34,318 nt of DNA from Bacteroidetes/Chlorobi group bacterium ChocPot_Mid (GTDB lineage: Bacteria > Bacteroidota > Ignavibacteria > Kapaibacteriales > UBA2268): the NCBI GenBank assembly GCA_003731675.1, contig RCNQ01000145.1, positions 1 to 34,318 of the forward strand, read 5' to 3'. A model generated the notes under the pieces. That model was not told the DNA's origin, did no database searches, and saw only the letters and a program-made list of their open reading frames with translations. A program made the translations under genes and the position numbers. Of the stretch, positions 34,249-34,318 are shown piece after piece. Within the stretch, counting starts at the first letter, position 1. Every line of letters starts with the position of its first letter.

Positions 34249-34318
34249 ACAACAAAAATAGATAAAACTAATATATTGGACAAATTAATAAATTATTTGT
34301 AACTCACGTGTTTTTTAT

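Noticed and set aside
1-34318. A search for tRNA/rRNA genes, CRISPR repeats, integrase or transposase genes and prophage remnants across the window.
   Set aside because: Nothing convincing was found by eye. All intergenic regions other than 12385-12810 are under 240 bp and AT-rich, without cloverleaf-like GC-rich segments. No ORF translation shows DDE, tyrosine-recombinase or serine-recombinase motifs.

Overview
This is a low-GC bacterial chromosomal window. Sampled coding lines are about 30-35% G+C by eye and intergenic regions are much lower. I see 29 protein-coding genes and no rRNA, tRNA, CRISPR array, transposase or integrase. All family calls come from motif recognition in the supplied translations; no searches were run. 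The T9SS C-terminal sorting domain, the BNR/sortilin-like protein and the anaerobic redox gene content suggest an anaerobic FCB-group organism (Ignavibacteria/Bacteroidota-like). That taxonomic call is inference only. Layout: (i) 1-3117 is the 3' part of a very large beta-helix surface protein with a T9SS sorting domain. Its composition and codon usage differ strikingly from everything else in the window. (ii) 3277-16725 is a 13.4 kb redox/sulfur island bracketed by the two clearest hairpin terminators. It holds a minus-strand operon of octahaem tetrathionate-reductase-family cytochrome c, b-type cytochrome and a split YeeE/YedE sulfur transporter, one half of which is fused to a Cys-less rhodanese. 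Next comes an Hmc/DsrMKJOP-like membrane redox complex whose NrfD-type subunit is fused to a hexahaem c3-like domain. Divergent from these lie a soluble PAS histidine kinase with duplicated Cys-triad PAS domains, two receiver-only response regulators, and a DUF134 / zinc-ribbon / NifX-like trio. (iii) 16810-34191 is mostly housekeeping: BNR/sortilin-like protein, YgiQ radical SAM, Trm112-fused methyltransferase, Lnt, an isolated murD-ftsW pair, an AlbA_2-HTH protein, def, a Tat-exported DUF362 protein with a secreted unknown and a sirtuin, and feoAB. The most promising candidate for something under-described is the respiratory/sensory island, especially the NrfD::hexahaem fusion complex and the Cys-rich PAS kinase with the DUF134/NifX-like module.
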